A stretch of 63,759 bases of DNA, the filler included, from Lama guanicoe (Eukaryota): assembly GCA_013239625.1 (NCBI GenBank). It is 206 parts of 206 records of this genome, joined end to end, with 100 filler letters (N's around TTAATTAATTAA, not from the genome) between each part and the next. Parts side by side here need not be neighbours in the genome. Positions count along the whole stretch, not along the records: positions 24,800 to 25,009 come from PNXV01035900.1; positions 25,110 to 25,319 come from PNXV01035901.1; positions 25,420 to 25,629 come from PNXV01035902.1; positions 25,730 to 25,939 come from PNXV01035903.1; positions 26,040 to 26,249 come from PNXV01035904.1; positions 26,350 to 26,559 come from PNXV01035905.1; positions 26,660 to 26,869 come from PNXV01035906.1; positions 26,970 to 27,179 come from PNXV01035907.1; 198 more parts are not named here. One strand, 5' to 3'. The notes under the pieces are model-generated. The model was not told the DNA's origin and searched no databases. It saw only the letters and a list, made by a program, of their open reading frames with translations. Below, piece after piece: positions 24,894 through 38,794 of the stretch. How positions within the stretch are numbered: position 1 is the first letter of the stretch; the number at the start of each line of letters is the position of its first letter. The translations under genes were made by a program, and so were the position numbers.

Positions 24894-25553
24894 AGGTGAA
24901 TTGTTTCTAACCAAATTATTTTAATGTTTATTGACATTAAGAATGCTATTCTTTTAGAATTATTTTTCTCAGTATCCTGGAAACTAACCTGATTAAAACG
25001 TATCAAGGANNNNNNNNNNNNNNNNNNNNNNNNNNNNNNNNNNNNNNNNNNNNTTAATTAATTAANNNNNNNNNNNNNNNNNNNNNNNNNNNNNNNNNNN
25101 NNNNNNNNNATTAAATGGACCAATGTGTCTGGCAACAGGGTGGGCACTGTGCCCTTCACGATGCCTGGTGCCGTAAACACTCTGGATGACCATGTTAGCA
25201 TTGCTACTGAGTGTTTGTCTGAATACCTATATGTATGGCTTCCCCAAGTCGGGGCGAAAAAAAAGGAAATGATAAATCAAAGTCTGTGGGGTAAATTTAC
25301 TGGACTTGCTGTGCCCTCANNNNNNNNNNNNNNNNNNNNNNNNNNNNNNNNNNNNNNNNNNNNTTAATTAATTAANNNNNNNNNNNNNNNNNNNNNNNNN
25401 NNNNNNNNNNNNNNNNNNNGGGCCTTGGTATTCTCACTGGTAAGATGGGAGTCGTAAGGAAACCAACTTACAGTTTGTTTGTGTTGGTTTGTTTGTTGTG
25501 CAGATTGATAATGGAACGGATTCAAAGCGCCTAGAATAGTTCTGTCTCTCCTA

Positions 25554-25595
25554 AATAGATAGACAGATAGACATATAGATAGACAGACAGACAGA
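25554..25595. repeat. (TAGA)n/(CAGA)n microsatellite
   Basis: atagatagacagatagacatatagatagacagacagacaga. Confidence 0.8.
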
Positions 25596-26349
25596 GTTGA
25601 CCATTGAATAACGTGGGGATTGGGGGCCTNNNNNNNNNNNNNNNNNNNNNNNNNNNNNNNNNNNNNNNNNNNNTTAATTAATTAANNNNNNNNNNNNNNN
25701 NNNNNNNNNNNNNNNNNNNNNNNNNNNNNCACCTCGGTCAGGGGCTGTGTTCCTGCCCGACAGGCGGGGGGGGGGGGCGCTCTCCCTCTGCCTGCGCCGC
25801 AGGTAGCTCCGCTGCTCTTTGCGGCTGCGCGCTCCGCCCTGGTCGCACTCCGCCCTGGCCGCGCTCCGCGGGTGGGTTCGGGGAAGACAGAGAGGGGCAG
25901 CCTCGTCCCTGCTCCGAGCCAAGACCCAGCTCCTTGTTTNNNNNNNNNNNNNNNNNNNNNNNNNNNNNNNNNNNNNNNNNNNNTTAATTAATTAANNNNN
26001 NNNNNNNNNNNNNNNNNNNNNNNNNNNNNNNNNNNNNNNTTCCTAAGGGGAGATTCCAGCGTGCCATTAAAATAAATATTTGTGCACACAGTGGAGAGGG
26101 TCAGGGGAACTTTGCAAGCACTGCTTCTCCCAAACAATGACAGTGAGGGGCTGAGCTATTCCACAGTGACCTCTCCCACAGGGAAAAAGGAGAGTAGTGG
26201 GTGAATGCCCATCTACCCCGAGCTGTGCAGAGCACTGCCAGAGAAATCCNNNNNNNNNNNNNNNNNNNNNNNNNNNNNNNNNNNNNNNNNNNNTTAATTA
26301 ATTAANNNNNNNNNNNNNNNNNNNNNNNNNNNNNNNNNNNNNNNNNNNN

Positions 26350-26476
26350 CCCTGCCTCCTCCGAACAGCTTCTCACAACTATCTGGGATGTTGTCTCCAG
26401 GGCTACAGTCCTCATTTTGACCCCAATAAAACTTAGCCCACAGCTCTCACGTTGTGTGGTTTTATTTTAGTCTACA
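26350..26476 (+). mobile_element. ERV1-type LTR 3' end
   Basis: gtctccagggctacagtcctcattttgaccccaataaaactta...ttttagtctaca: poly(A) signal and terminal CA, MER34-like. Confidence 0.5.
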
Positions 26477-29400
26477 GTCCCTAAATATACTCAGCTGTGG
26501 GGCCATGGGACTCCACAGGCTTTTGGCGCCCAGCCCAGGAGACACCAGAGGAAGGAGGGNNNNNNNNNNNNNNNNNNNNNNNNNNNNNNNNNNNNNNNNN
26601 NNNTTAATTAATTAANNNNNNNNNNNNNNNNNNNNNNNNNNNNNNNNNNNNNNNNNNNNGCAAATATCTTCATATCGAGTAGACTTTAAGTATAGTCATT
26701 CCTTGCATTTCTATTTAAGGCAAATATTTTGAAACATCTGAAGATTAATTGAAGTGATGTTCGTTCCAGAAATATCCAATCAGTCAGACATTTCTGTGAA
26801 ATAAAAGTTCAGTGTGACTTTGCAAGTAGGCTCTATAAAATCAGAATATCTCCAGGCCCCAGGCAAATGNNNNNNNNNNNNNNNNNNNNNNNNNNNNNNN
26901 NNNNNNNNNNNNNTTAATTAATTAANNNNNNNNNNNNNNNNNNNNNNNNNNNNNNNNNNNNNNNNNNNNATAAAGAAATTGAGTAATGGACTGAAAAAAT
27001 ATAAAAATAAGGTTGGAGATCCTTTAGATAGCATGGTTAGATAAAGTAGTTCTGAGGAAATGACAGTCAAGGTAGAATCTTGAAACTGTTTCCCGTTAGA
27101 GCTGCTCTTTGCAGTAATGATAACAACATGGATTATCCCTTTTAATTCTCATAGAATCTTTATGACAAAAGAAGATATTNNNNNNNNNNNNNNNNNNNNN
27201 NNNNNNNNNNNNNNNNNNNNNNNTTAATTAATTAANNNNNNNNNNNNNNNNNNNNNNNNNNNNNNNNNNNNNNNNNNNNTGCATAATAGGTATTTGTGGA
27301 ATTCCATGGTAATGAGGGGATAGAGGAAGTGAAGGAAGAAAGAAATGATGAAAGGAAAAAAAACATTGACAGCAGGAGTATATTATGAAGAAAATATAAA
27401 ACGCACAGAATCAAATGTGAGAAAATTCTTAACCTTTTTACTTGTCATTTCATTCTGTGGCAGAAATTGTTTATCAAACCTATTTCCTCNNNNNNNNNNN
27501 NNNNNNNNNNNNNNNNNNNNNNNNNNNNNNNNNTTAATTAATTAANNNNNNNNNNNNNNNNNNNNNNNNNNNNNNNNNNNNNNNNNNNNAAGTTGAAGTT
27601 ATTGGTATCAGGTTGGCCTCAATGTTTGCTTATTTTCCTCTTAACATTTGCAGACTGTAGTGATGTCAGCGCTCATTCCTTATGTGGGTAATTGTGTCTT
27701 CTCTTTCCAGTTTGTCTAGAGGTTGATCAATTTTACTAAATTTTTTTCAGAAAACAAGCTTATGGTTTCCTTGATTTTCTCCATTGCTTTTCTGTTTTCN
27801 NNNNNNNNNNNNNNNNNNNNNNNNNNNNNNNNNNNNNNNNNNNTTAATTAATTAANNNNNNNNNNNNNNNNNNNNNNNNNNNNNNNNNNNNNNNNNNNNT
27901 GTTTCTCATTTTCCTTGAAATTGTTGAGGGGTTTCTCTATTTCCTGTTAGGCTGATTTCATTTTCCCCTATGGTGTTAGACCTGTTTCTCCATCCTATGT
28001 ATTGGCTTTAGTTAAGTGATTTTATCCTCCCCTAAAAGCTTGATCTGATTGAGGTTCAAATTTGTGCAAAAATAATTGTTATGTGAAGTTTTGTACTCTT
28101 GTCATAAGGNNNNNNNNNNNNNNNNNNNNNNNNNNNNNNNNNNNNNNNNNNNNTTAATTAATTAANNNNNNNNNNNNNNNNNNNNNNNNNNNNNNNNNNN
28201 NNNNNNNNNAGGATAAATACTTGTGAGTTTTTTTTTGGTTAAACCAGAAAAATATTATTACCACCCTCTCTTCTCCCACATGGATGGAGGAGGAAAGCAA
28301 AACATAGACTCTGTTACGATTTTGCTTTTGACTAAGCGTTTAAAAGAGTCGAATTCCACGGCAATTAATATTCCTCTCATTGCCTCACTTTCTGTGGGAG
28401 GCAGAAAAGGGAAGCTTCTNNNNNNNNNNNNNNNNNNNNNNNNNNNNNNNNNNNNNNNNNNNNTTAATTAATTAANNNNNNNNNNNNNNNNNNNNNNNNN
28501 NNNNNNNNNNNNNNNNNNNAGCAACCACGAGTCACCAAAATCCAGGGCTGACGTTCAGAGACATGGAAACAAGAGGACACCCCACGGGACACTGACAGAG
28601 ATCCCCAACACATGGGTATTTCTGTTCTCAGCAGATCGTGGCGCCCCCATGTGGCAGCAGCGTTAAATACAGGAACACATAGCCTGCAGGGAGCTAAGCA
28701 GGGACCGAACACACTCCAAAGGTGGCATCNNNNNNNNNNNNNNNNNNNNNNNNNNNNNNNNNNNNNNNNNNNNTTAATTAATTAANNNNNNNNNNNNNNN
28801 NNNNNNNNNNNNNNNNNNNNNNNNNNNNNGCATTTTTTTGAGTACTTTTCACATTTGCTGAACACGGCGTGCAGCATCGCCGTGTGAAAACGCCCCGCGG
28901 AGATGAGCGTGTTGGGCCTCCCCGGCCCCCGGCCCAGCCCCCTTGGCTGAGGCACACAGGGTCTGTAGGGACCTGTCCCCGTCCCGTCCCTCCTGTATCC
29001 ACGGTGGTCGCGGGCAGTCGTCCGCCTCCGCCTTAGGGANNNNNNNNNNNNNNNNNNNNNNNNNNNNNNNNNNNNNNNNNNNNTTAATTAATTAANNNNN
29101 NNNNNNNNNNNNNNNNNNNNNNNNNNNNNNNNNNNNNNNAGAACTCCGCATGCCTCACATGTGACCCCTTGGCCCTGCCTGCGTCTTACCTGTATCCTCC
29201 AGGGCATCTGCGACTGTTTCTCCTCCCACATCTGCGACTGTTTGTCCTCCCTCGTTCATCTGGCTCGTGGCCCCCCGTCTCAGCAGTCCTCTCCCGTCAC
29301 GGCTCCTCACAGGTAGCGGTTGAATATTCCTTCCTTCGTATTTTTCTTGNNNNNNNNNNNNNNNNNNNNNNNNNNNNNNNNNNNNNNNNNNNNTTAATTA

Positions 29401-29799
29401 ATTAANNNNNNNNNNNNNNNNNNNNNNNNNNNNNNNNNNNNNNNNNNNNCCCCTCCGCCCTCCCTCCTGGCCTCGGCGCCTCGGGTGGGGATTTCCTATT
29501 GGCGGCTCAAGCCTCCCGGCCTGACCTCGGCCCGGAGATGCATTCGAAACTGTCTGCGAAGTGCTTGCTGGAGATGAAGAAGGTTACATAAGCCCGCTGT
29601 ATTATTATCATCACACACCCCCATAGAACCAAGGCTGCCAGACAAACAAAAGGCAGTTCNNNNNNNNNNNNNNNNNNNNNNNNNNNNNNNNNNNNNNNNN
29701 NNNTTAATTAATTAANNNNNNNNNNNNNNNNNNNNNNNNNNNNNNNNNNNNNNNNNNNNGAGGGGATATGATTCTGCCTAATGAAGACATTATCAGTAA

Positions 29800-29915
29800 G
29801 TGGACAGACATTGTTGATAGTGTTGGAATGGGTATGGGGGTGTGTGTGTGGTGGACAGAAATTGTTGATAGTGTTGGAATGGGTATGGGGGTGTGTGGGT
29901 GTGGGTGTGTGGGTG
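29800..29915 (+). repeat. 51-bp tandem duplication plus GT-rich tract
   Basis: gtggacagaMattgttgatagtgttggaatgggtatgggggtgtgtg at 29800 and 29851. Confidence 0.9.
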
Positions 29916-32900
29916 TGTGGGTGTGGGCAGGATCAGCCTCTAGGCTTACAATCACATTGAGGCTTTTCGNNNNNNNNNNNNNNNNNNNNNNNNNNNNNNN
30001 NNNNNNNNNNNNNTTAATTAATTAANNNNNNNNNNNNNNNNNNNNNNNNNNNNNNNNNNNNNNNNNNNNCTGCAATGAATGAGCGGGCAGAGGGCCAAGG
30101 TCTTTGAAAAGCCGCTTTAAAGCAGCACCATATATCTTTCTATGATGAGCGTGGTATCTGTGTTAGTGACGTGGATGCAGTGTGTCCCATCACCAAGGAC
30201 GGCTTCCAGGTAATTTTATCCAGCACACCAACCCCCTGCCCTGCCCATCTGCTTGAAGTAGAGGATGTTCTTTGCTCATNNNNNNNNNNNNNNNNNNNNN
30301 NNNNNNNNNNNNNNNNNNNNNNNTTAATTAATTAANNNNNNNNNNNNNNNNNNNNNNNNNNNNNNNNNNNNNNNNNNNNAAAGTGAGATAATCCTCAAAA
30401 CCGCAGAGAGATGAGCCAAAAAGGAACACAGTAAAACAAACTCCAGAAAGGAAAAAGCCTTTCAAGGAGAGAGAGCACATGAACTGTTGCGTCTTCGACA
30501 GGACACAGAAGAAAGCGGTAACCACCATAAGGACTCTGAGGAATTTCAAGAAATTCTTAAAGGCTAGTTCATGTGACAGCTGGAAAGAANNNNNNNNNNN
30601 NNNNNNNNNNNNNNNNNNNNNNNNNNNNNNNNNTTAATTAATTAANNNNNNNNNNNNNNNNNNNNNNNNNNNNNNNNNNNNNNNNNNNNCATGGGTTGGA
30701 AAACCAGCAGCTCCCCTTTCCTGCGATCTTCCCCCCAGTGGCAGTCCCTGCCCCCTCTTAGTGGATGTCGGCTCTTTACCTGCACACTTCCCCAGAGCAC
30801 CTTGGAGTGCACCTCTTGACTTTCTAGGTGTAGAGGGCTCACTTTGGGGATGGGTACTGTCGGGCTTCTCCCCCTCTGCCCATACTTTCCCCCTTCCCCN
30901 NNNNNNNNNNNNNNNNNNNNNNNNNNNNNNNNNNNNNNNNNNNTTAATTAATTAANNNNNNNNNNNNNNNNNNNNNNNNNNNNNNNNNNNNNNNNNNNNT
31001 ATCAAATATCCTTGAATTTGAACCAGATAATCTTAAGGTGACACTTAAAACATTAATTTAACAGTTAAATGACTTTTTTTATTAAGTATAGCTTAATACT
31101 TGTACATCAGATTGAAGTATGGCACAGTGATCTCACTCTGACACACAATACTTGTAATACATAACCTGGAAACTATTCCTGATAGCTTATAAACTTGCTT
31201 TTAAGAAACNNNNNNNNNNNNNNNNNNNNNNNNNNNNNNNNNNNNNNNNNNNNTTAATTAATTAANNNNNNNNNNNNNNNNNNNNNNNNNNNNNNNNNNN
31301 NNNNNNNNNATGCACCGAGATACTGGACAGATAAGGGTTGAGATGGTCACCTCCTCCATGGCTTGTTGCTTATGCCCCTGCCCCAAAATCCTGTGCGTCA
31401 AGACTACGGGTGGCAGGGAGGGCTACTGGGCATCCAGTGTACACCCAGAACTTGGAGACGGAGATTCCCCCATTTGATAAGCATTCATGTAACACTGTGT
31501 ATTGCCCACAAACCAGCTGNNNNNNNNNNNNNNNNNNNNNNNNNNNNNNNNNNNNNNNNNNNNTTAATTAATTAANNNNNNNNNNNNNNNNNNNNNNNNN
31601 NNNNNNNNNNNNNNNNNNNTCTGTTCACCTTGCCCCTCACCTCTATCAGTACTGTCCCAAGATATCTGCACTCAAACACCTCAGGCCTTCTTTAAGTTCT
31701 CTGGATGTGTTCTGCTCTTTGCTCTTCCTGGAATGTTGGAGCCACATTTTTGTCTAATTTATTACTATGAAGACTTTGGGTCTCCATTTAAGCATTATAT
31801 CCTGAAAGAAGTCTTCTCTTACTCTCTGTNNNNNNNNNNNNNNNNNNNNNNNNNNNNNNNNNNNNNNNNNNNNTTAATTAATTAANNNNNNNNNNNNNNN
31901 NNNNNNNNNNNNNNNNNNNNNNNNNNNNNCAGTGGAACTCCAAGAGAGATGCTTGATTCATGACCTTACTCAAATTTACTTCCTTTATTTCCATCACAGG
32001 GACATCTTTCCGTAGACAGTTTTGGCTCTCCGTGTGTGTGCAAATACATGTGAGTAGGGGAGACTCTGATCTCTTCAAACAAGGTAGAGTGTTGAAGGAG
32101 AGTTATTAAAAGGAATAAAAAAAATATCGGACTGCTCTTNNNNNNNNNNNNNNNNNNNNNNNNNNNNNNNNNNNNNNNNNNNNTTAATTAATTAANNNNN
32201 NNNNNNNNNNNNNNNNNNNNNNNNNNNNNNNNNNNNNNNACTTACATGGCTGGTATATAATAGTTACCCAAACTGTCTTGAGAAATGAAGCTTAATGTAG
32301 ATTCCAACTAAGTAGATCAGTCTCAGTTACAACATTTCTTTCACAATGAATAAGAGAGAATGCACACATTTGCTGAATACAGAGAAAGCCCCATGCTTCG
32401 TGCTGTGTTCTGGGAATTCGAGTATATTTTAGGTGAGAGATGTTGACCANNNNNNNNNNNNNNNNNNNNNNNNNNNNNNNNNNNNNNNNNNNNTTAATTA
32501 ATTAANNNNNNNNNNNNNNNNNNNNNNNNNNNNNNNNNNNNNNNNNNNNTAACCATGCAAGGTCAACACTATTATGCTCACTTACAGAGAAAGCAAGCTC
32601 CCGAAGGAAGGCCAGATAACCTGGCTGAGAGCCCACAGGTGGGGAGGGTGCAGCCGGGCTCCCCGAGGCCACATCTTTTCTACACTCAAGAATGAGGTGC
32701 CCTCACCCTGCCCAGGGGCAGTCAGGCCAGGCTTCATGGAAACTTGGCTCGTTGCTCCTNNNNNNNNNNNNNNNNNNNNNNNNNNNNNNNNNNNNNNNNN
32801 NNNTTAATTAATTAANNNNNNNNNNNNNNNNNNNNNNNNNNNNNNNNNNNNNNNNNNNNTCATAGCCCTCAAGGAGCAAATGGCTCTGGTGGGAAGGGCA

Positions 32901-33957
32901 GAGGGATGAACAGAATGAATAGTGAAACAGGAAAAGTCAATGATGGGACCACAGTTGTTGTGGAACCACGGAGGGTTGAGCTAACAGCCGACCTGGGTGG
33001 ACAGCAGTGGTAGAGATATCGGGGAAGGCCTGCTGGAAAAGGAACTCTGACCTAAATCTTAACAGAGTGNNNNNNNNNNNNNNNNNNNNNNNNNNNNNNN
33101 NNNNNNNNNNNNNTTAATTAATTAANNNNNNNNNNNNNNNNNNNNNNNNNNNNNNNNNNNNNNNNNNNNAGTCTCATCACACCTTGCTGAAGAAACACAT
33201 GGGCCCATATATCAGCCACGGTGTTTATATTCTTTTGAACAGAAAGGGAAAATATGTTTCACAATAAGTGTTTGCATACTTTCAAGCAGATTATTTTTTT
33301 TAAGAGAGAAAGAAAGAAGAAAAGAGAGAGAGAAACTTTGGCTGGAGCAAGTTGAAGTTTTGTTCCTTTGCAATGCTTTNNNNNNNNNNNNNNNNNNNNN
33401 NNNNNNNNNNNNNNNNNNNNNNNTTAATTAATTAANNNNNNNNNNNNNNNNNNNNNNNNNNNNNNNNNNNNNNNNNNNNTCATATATATATAGTAAAAAA
33501 TAGTATTTGTTGTTGCCTAAAATTCAAAGTTAATGGGGCATCTTATATTCTATCTGGCAACCCTACCCGGACTTTCTGAGCCGAGAATGTTACATTCAGC
33601 CAAATTACCTTCCAGCAAACCTGCAAGAACCCAGGAAACATGGTCCCCGAGAGCCCTTCCTGAAGACAAGCGGAGAAGACAGACCGCATNNNNNNNNNNN
33701 NNNNNNNNNNNNNNNNNNNNNNNNNNNNNNNNNTTAATTAATTAANNNNNNNNNNNNNNNNNNNNNNNNNNNNNNNNNNNNNNNNNNNNTATTACTTTTT
33801 AAATATTTTCTATCACTTTGTTGAAATTCTTTGTTCCTGCATGTTCTTCTGATTTTTTTGAGCATCTTTTTTCTTTTCTTTTTTTGCAGCTAAATAATAC
33901 AGCACTATGTTTCACTTTATTTTTTTATGTTTGTTCACGTTTAAAAAATTAAAAAAA

Positions 33958-33999
33958 ATTTTTATTGAGTAATAGTCATTTTACAATGTTGTGTCAAAT
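33958..33999 (-). mobile_element. LINE-1 3' terminus with poly(A) junction
   Basis: ttttattgagtaatagtcattttacaatgttgtgtcaaat is the reverse of ...acaacattgtaaaatgactattactcaataaaa; related terminus at about 37340-37409. Confidence 0.65.
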
Positions 34000-36900
34000 N
34001 NNNNNNNNNNNNNNNNNNNNNNNNNNNNNNNNNNNNNNNNNNNTTAATTAATTAANNNNNNNNNNNNNNNNNNNNNNNNNNNNNNNNNNNNNNNNNNNNC
34101 TGCCGTTCTGGAGCTTATGTCCCCAGATGTGGTCCTGAAGTCATTTCAGAGGAGCAGTTGATGTCCTGAGATTTGTCAGGCAGAAGGAAACAAGGAAAAT
34201 CAGTGAGGGCACAGGGTCCAGGCTCCAGCCTCCTGCTCAGCGAGCCCTCCCCCCTCCCCTGACTTCCCAGCCCCTGGCATGTTGCTCGTGCCTTTGGCCC
34301 AACACTTGTNNNNNNNNNNNNNNNNNNNNNNNNNNNNNNNNNNNNNNNNNNNNTTAATTAATTAANNNNNNNNNNNNNNNNNNNNNNNNNNNNNNNNNNN
34401 NNNNNNNNNTGGAGTCACTAAGTGCAAACCCCTCCCTAAAGCAGGGACCCCACAGCATCACTGAGCAGCTGCTCCCAGCCCCTGCTTGCACCCCACACCA
34501 CCAGGAAGCAGTCCTGATCCCAGAAAAAGTCCCATTTCCTGGAACAGCATCCTCAGACCGAGTCCTGCTGCTAAGGCGGCTGACCTTTCAGTCTGTAGAG
34601 CCACAGTGTGTGTCCCCCCNNNNNNNNNNNNNNNNNNNNNNNNNNNNNNNNNNNNNNNNNNNNTTAATTAATTAANNNNNNNNNNNNNNNNNNNNNNNNN
34701 NNNNNNNNNNNNNNNNNNNATATGAAAAAGTAAAGCTACTCATAATTCTTATTACCCATAAGAAACCTGTCTCCATATTCTGATGGAATGTCCTAACATC
34801 TGTGTCCTATGACTATATGTGTATGTGTGTGTATGTATGTTTTGTAATCATAATATACACAGTTTTGTATATTGTATTCTCCACTTAAATATTTTGTTCA
34901 TTTTCCCAATTATTAAAAAATCCTTCAAANNNNNNNNNNNNNNNNNNNNNNNNNNNNNNNNNNNNNNNNNNNNTTAATTAATTAANNNNNNNNNNNNNNN
35001 NNNNNNNNNNNNNNNNNNNNNNNNNNNNNACGCGGCTCGGGGTCTGTGCCGCTGTGTCGGAAAGCACTCGGTGTGTGAGAGCCTGACCGTGTGCCGGATG
35101 TGCTCACACCCACGCCGTTCCTGGCTTCGGTGCCGGCGCCCTGGGAGCCGCCCGCTGCGGTGCGGGTGAGGAGCCGGCCGTCCTGGGCTACAGCGGTGGG
35201 CTCCTCGCGGCGTGCAGGCGGGGCTGTGGCAGGAGGGGTNNNNNNNNNNNNNNNNNNNNNNNNNNNNNNNNNNNNNNNNNNNNTTAATTAATTAANNNNN
35301 NNNNNNNNNNNNNNNNNNNNNNNNNNNNNNNNNNNNNNNATCCACACACATATTTCACTATGAGCAGAAGCCTGAATGGAAAGTGTTGTTTCCATGGTGG
35401 GAAGAGAACGTTTCTGGAAAAAGGACGCTCTTTCTGCGAGGTCGGCGTTTCCTCCAGTGTCCGTTCGCCCTCTCAGTTCCAAATCAGAGGTGCTGTCTAA
35501 TGAGTGCTTTACCAGGTTAGACCACGTGCTCCGTGCTTTACTCAAACATNNNNNNNNNNNNNNNNNNNNNNNNNNNNNNNNNNNNNNNNNNNNTTAATTA
35601 ATTAANNNNNNNNNNNNNNNNNNNNNNNNNNNNNNNNNNNNNNNNNNNNCTGAAAAGGAGAGTTAAACTCCCACACAGATGAAAAAACTCTACCCTAAAC
35701 CACTCTTCACTTCTTTGTCTTCTCCCTGCCCTCCCCAGGTTAGCTTTCTCCCAAGTTCCTTCAGTCACCTCCTTCTCACCTGCTGCCTCTGCATCACCTC
35801 TCACCCAGGTCAGCCAGAGCCCCTTTTTAGGACAGCAGAGTGGTTCCAGGATCTTGTATNNNNNNNNNNNNNNNNNNNNNNNNNNNNNNNNNNNNNNNNN
35901 NNNTTAATTAATTAANNNNNNNNNNNNNNNNNNNNNNNNNNNNNNNNNNNNNNNNNNNNATACTCACTGATATGACTGGGGAAACCCAAAGTTACTAATG
36001 ACAGATACCTGAAAACCACAGGCCAAGGAGATCTCAAAAATTTGCTAAATATATACAAGCATGGTATATAAAATTTAACACCCTCAAGAAAATAAAATTT
36101 CAGCTTTATATGAAGCAGTGTTTCTTAAAATTGGTTCCAGGTTCCCTAGGGGTCCCCCCAAATCCTTTCNNNNNNNNNNNNNNNNNNNNNNNNNNNNNNN
36201 NNNNNNNNNNNNNTTAATTAATTAANNNNNNNNNNNNNNNNNNNNNNNNNNNNNNNNNNNNNNNNNNNNTGCTTATTCCTGAAAAAGTGAGCTCTCTTTT
36301 GGATTAAAGATGGTTCCCATCAGAGATGTGGGACTCCCTTTCCAAAGGTCCAAATGAAGAGAAAAGGAGATTCCTGTTTCGGGTGGTTACATTTTGTCAG
36401 CTTAGAGATCTAGTTATCCGTGCGGCTGCAGTGGAATATGCAATATCTTGGCTCAGAGTTTCCTTTTTCTGGATTATTANNNNNNNNNNNNNNNNNNNNN
36501 NNNNNNNNNNNNNNNNNNNNNNNTTAATTAATTAANNNNNNNNNNNNNNNNNNNNNNNNNNNNNNNNNNNNNNNNNNNNCCCAGGTCCACCCCCTAGAGG
36601 TTCTGGTTTAATTGGCCTGGAGTTTTCATAAGCCCCGGGTGACTCCGTAGGCGCCCGGGCCCCGGGACCCCGAGGCGCCCGCCCCTCACTCTTCGGCCCC
36701 TGGGCTCGGCGCGGCCGCCAGCCCGTGGTCAGCAGAGGCAACCAGCGTCGTGGCGGAGGGTAGCTGGGTGCCCACTGCGAGAAGGACCCNNNNNNNNNNN
36801 NNNNNNNNNNNNNNNNNNNNNNNNNNNNNNNNNTTAATTAATTAANNNNNNNNNNNNNNNNNNNNNNNNNNNNNNNNNNNNNNNNNNNNCATTTCAATTT

Positions 36901-38439
36901 CGTTCTTGTTACTTTACAGGTTGTCTAAATAGGAACTACTGCAGAAGATTCTTATCAAAAGTAAATGAAGTTGAGATAAATTAGGAGTGTTTTCAGGTCT
37001 GAAAATTTAATGAAGAATGTTTATATCAGAATAGGAGAGTGAATGACTGCAATATGGTCATAAACGTGGGAGTGAAAAAGTCACCCTGGCGCACTTGGCN
37101 NNNNNNNNNNNNNNNNNNNNNNNNNNNNNNNNNNNNNNNNNNNTTAATTAATTAANNNNNNNNNNNNNNNNNNNNNNNNNNNNNNNNNNNNNNNNNNNNC
37201 ACTGTTATCATCATAGATGACCAGCACAGGGGCCTGGCCTGGCTTCTTCTTTTTTTTTTCTTTAAATATTAAAAAAAAAATTATTTTATTTTATTTTATT
37301 TCTTAAAGAAGTCTTTTTTTTGAAATTATTTATTCATTTATATACATTTTACAATGTTGGGTCAAATTCCAGTGTTCAGCACAATTTTTTAGTCATTCAT
37401 GGACATATANNNNNNNNNNNNNNNNNNNNNNNNNNNNNNNNNNNNNNNNNNNNTTAATTAATTAANNNNNNNNNNNNNNNNNNNNNNNNNNNNNNNNNNN
37501 NNNNNNNNNCTCCAACTCGGTTTTAGAGTAAAAACGGCAGGCACTTCAAACCGGCACTGGGAAATTAACTGAGAAACCAGAGTATGTGTTTCTCCTGCAG
37601 CCCGTTACTTTTGTGCTGGATGAACAAACGTCTCTCCACATGTTCATTTGTCAGAGATAAGTGTGTGTGTAAGCCTTCCTTCACTTAGCTTGAAGGGAAC
37701 ACAAAGTTTCCTTTCAGTTNNNNNNNNNNNNNNNNNNNNNNNNNNNNNNNNNNNNNNNNNNNNTTAATTAATTAANNNNNNNNNNNNNNNNNNNNNNNNN
37801 NNNNNNNNNNNNNNNNNNNTATGGTTCAACTTCTCCATCCAGTCACTCCTGATTCATTCACTCCCTCATAGGATTGTTCTCTAAACCCTTCCTAATATCC
37901 CAATCATGAACAAATCTCCATCTCTGACAACGCAGAGAAAGTAGTAATTAATTTACATGTTTCATACCTATAGATTTGGAAGGAGCCAAGTCAGTAACAC
38001 CTAGCTTGTCTGTCTGAATTCTAAAGCATNNNNNNNNNNNNNNNNNNNNNNNNNNNNNNNNNNNNNNNNNNNNTTAATTAATTAANNNNNNNNNNNNNNN
38101 NNNNNNNNNNNNNNNNNNNNNNNNNNNNNAAAATAATGAAAAGACAGAAAATTAAAATATTACAAACATATGTAACCTCATCAGCCCCAACTGATCGAGT
38201 CATTTTCAGTAAATTTGTTTATTATTGTCAAAAACCCATACAGTAGGAACCCTTGGGAGTTGCTGCGTATAGACATTTGGGCCCTACCTGTTAGAGACAA
38301 GATTCTGTTTCAACGGGCAGAACCAGGTGAGCAGCCTTTNNNNNNNNNNNNNNNNNNNNNNNNNNNNNNNNNNNNNNNNNNNNTTAATTAATTAANNNNN
38401 NNNNNNNNNNNNNNNNNNNNNNNNNNNNNNNNNNNNNNN

Positions 38440-38649
38440 CCAATTAGAAGAGCTACAAGAGAAACAATGAGAAACAAATGAAAAAAGCTTAAGGAACCTA
38501 TGGGATAATAGAAAACATGCCAATCTTGGCATGATACAAGTTCCAGAACGGGAAGAAAGATTAAAGGGGATTGCTAAGGTGTTTGTAGAAATAATGACTA
38601 AGAACTTCCCAAATTTAAATAAGGAATCAAATATCCAAGTATAGGAAGC
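38440..38649 (+). mobile_element. LINE-1 ORF1 fragment
   Basis: Translates SLRNLWDNRKHANLGMIQVPEREERLKGIAKVFVEIMTKNFPNLNKESNIQV*EA (ORF1p LWD...NFP motifs). Confidence 0.88.
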
Positions 38650-38783
38650 NNNNNNNNNNNNNNNNNNNNNNNNNNNNNNNNNNNNNNNNNNNNTTAATTA
38701 ATTAANNNNNNNNNNNNNNNNNNNNNNNNNNNNNNNNNNNNNNNNNNNNCCTCGGGCCGCCATCAGACAGAGGGCCGCGGCGG

Positions 38784-38794
38784 CTGGTCGACCT
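38784..38794 (-). terminator. Possible Sal box (TTF-I site) in a CpG-rich contig, candidate rDNA spacer fragment
   Basis: Minus strand reads AGGTCGACCAG, the 11-bp Sal-box core; the host contig 38750-38959 is very GC- and CpG-rich. Confidence 0.35.

Noticed and set aside
29760..29969. Repetitive ORFs (HTHTP... / VGMGMGV...)
   Set aside because: They are translations of the 51-bp tandem duplication and GT-rich microsatellite
35340..35549. Overlapping open frames on both strands
   Set aside because: No recognisable motif; expected by chance among 206 contigs of 210 bp
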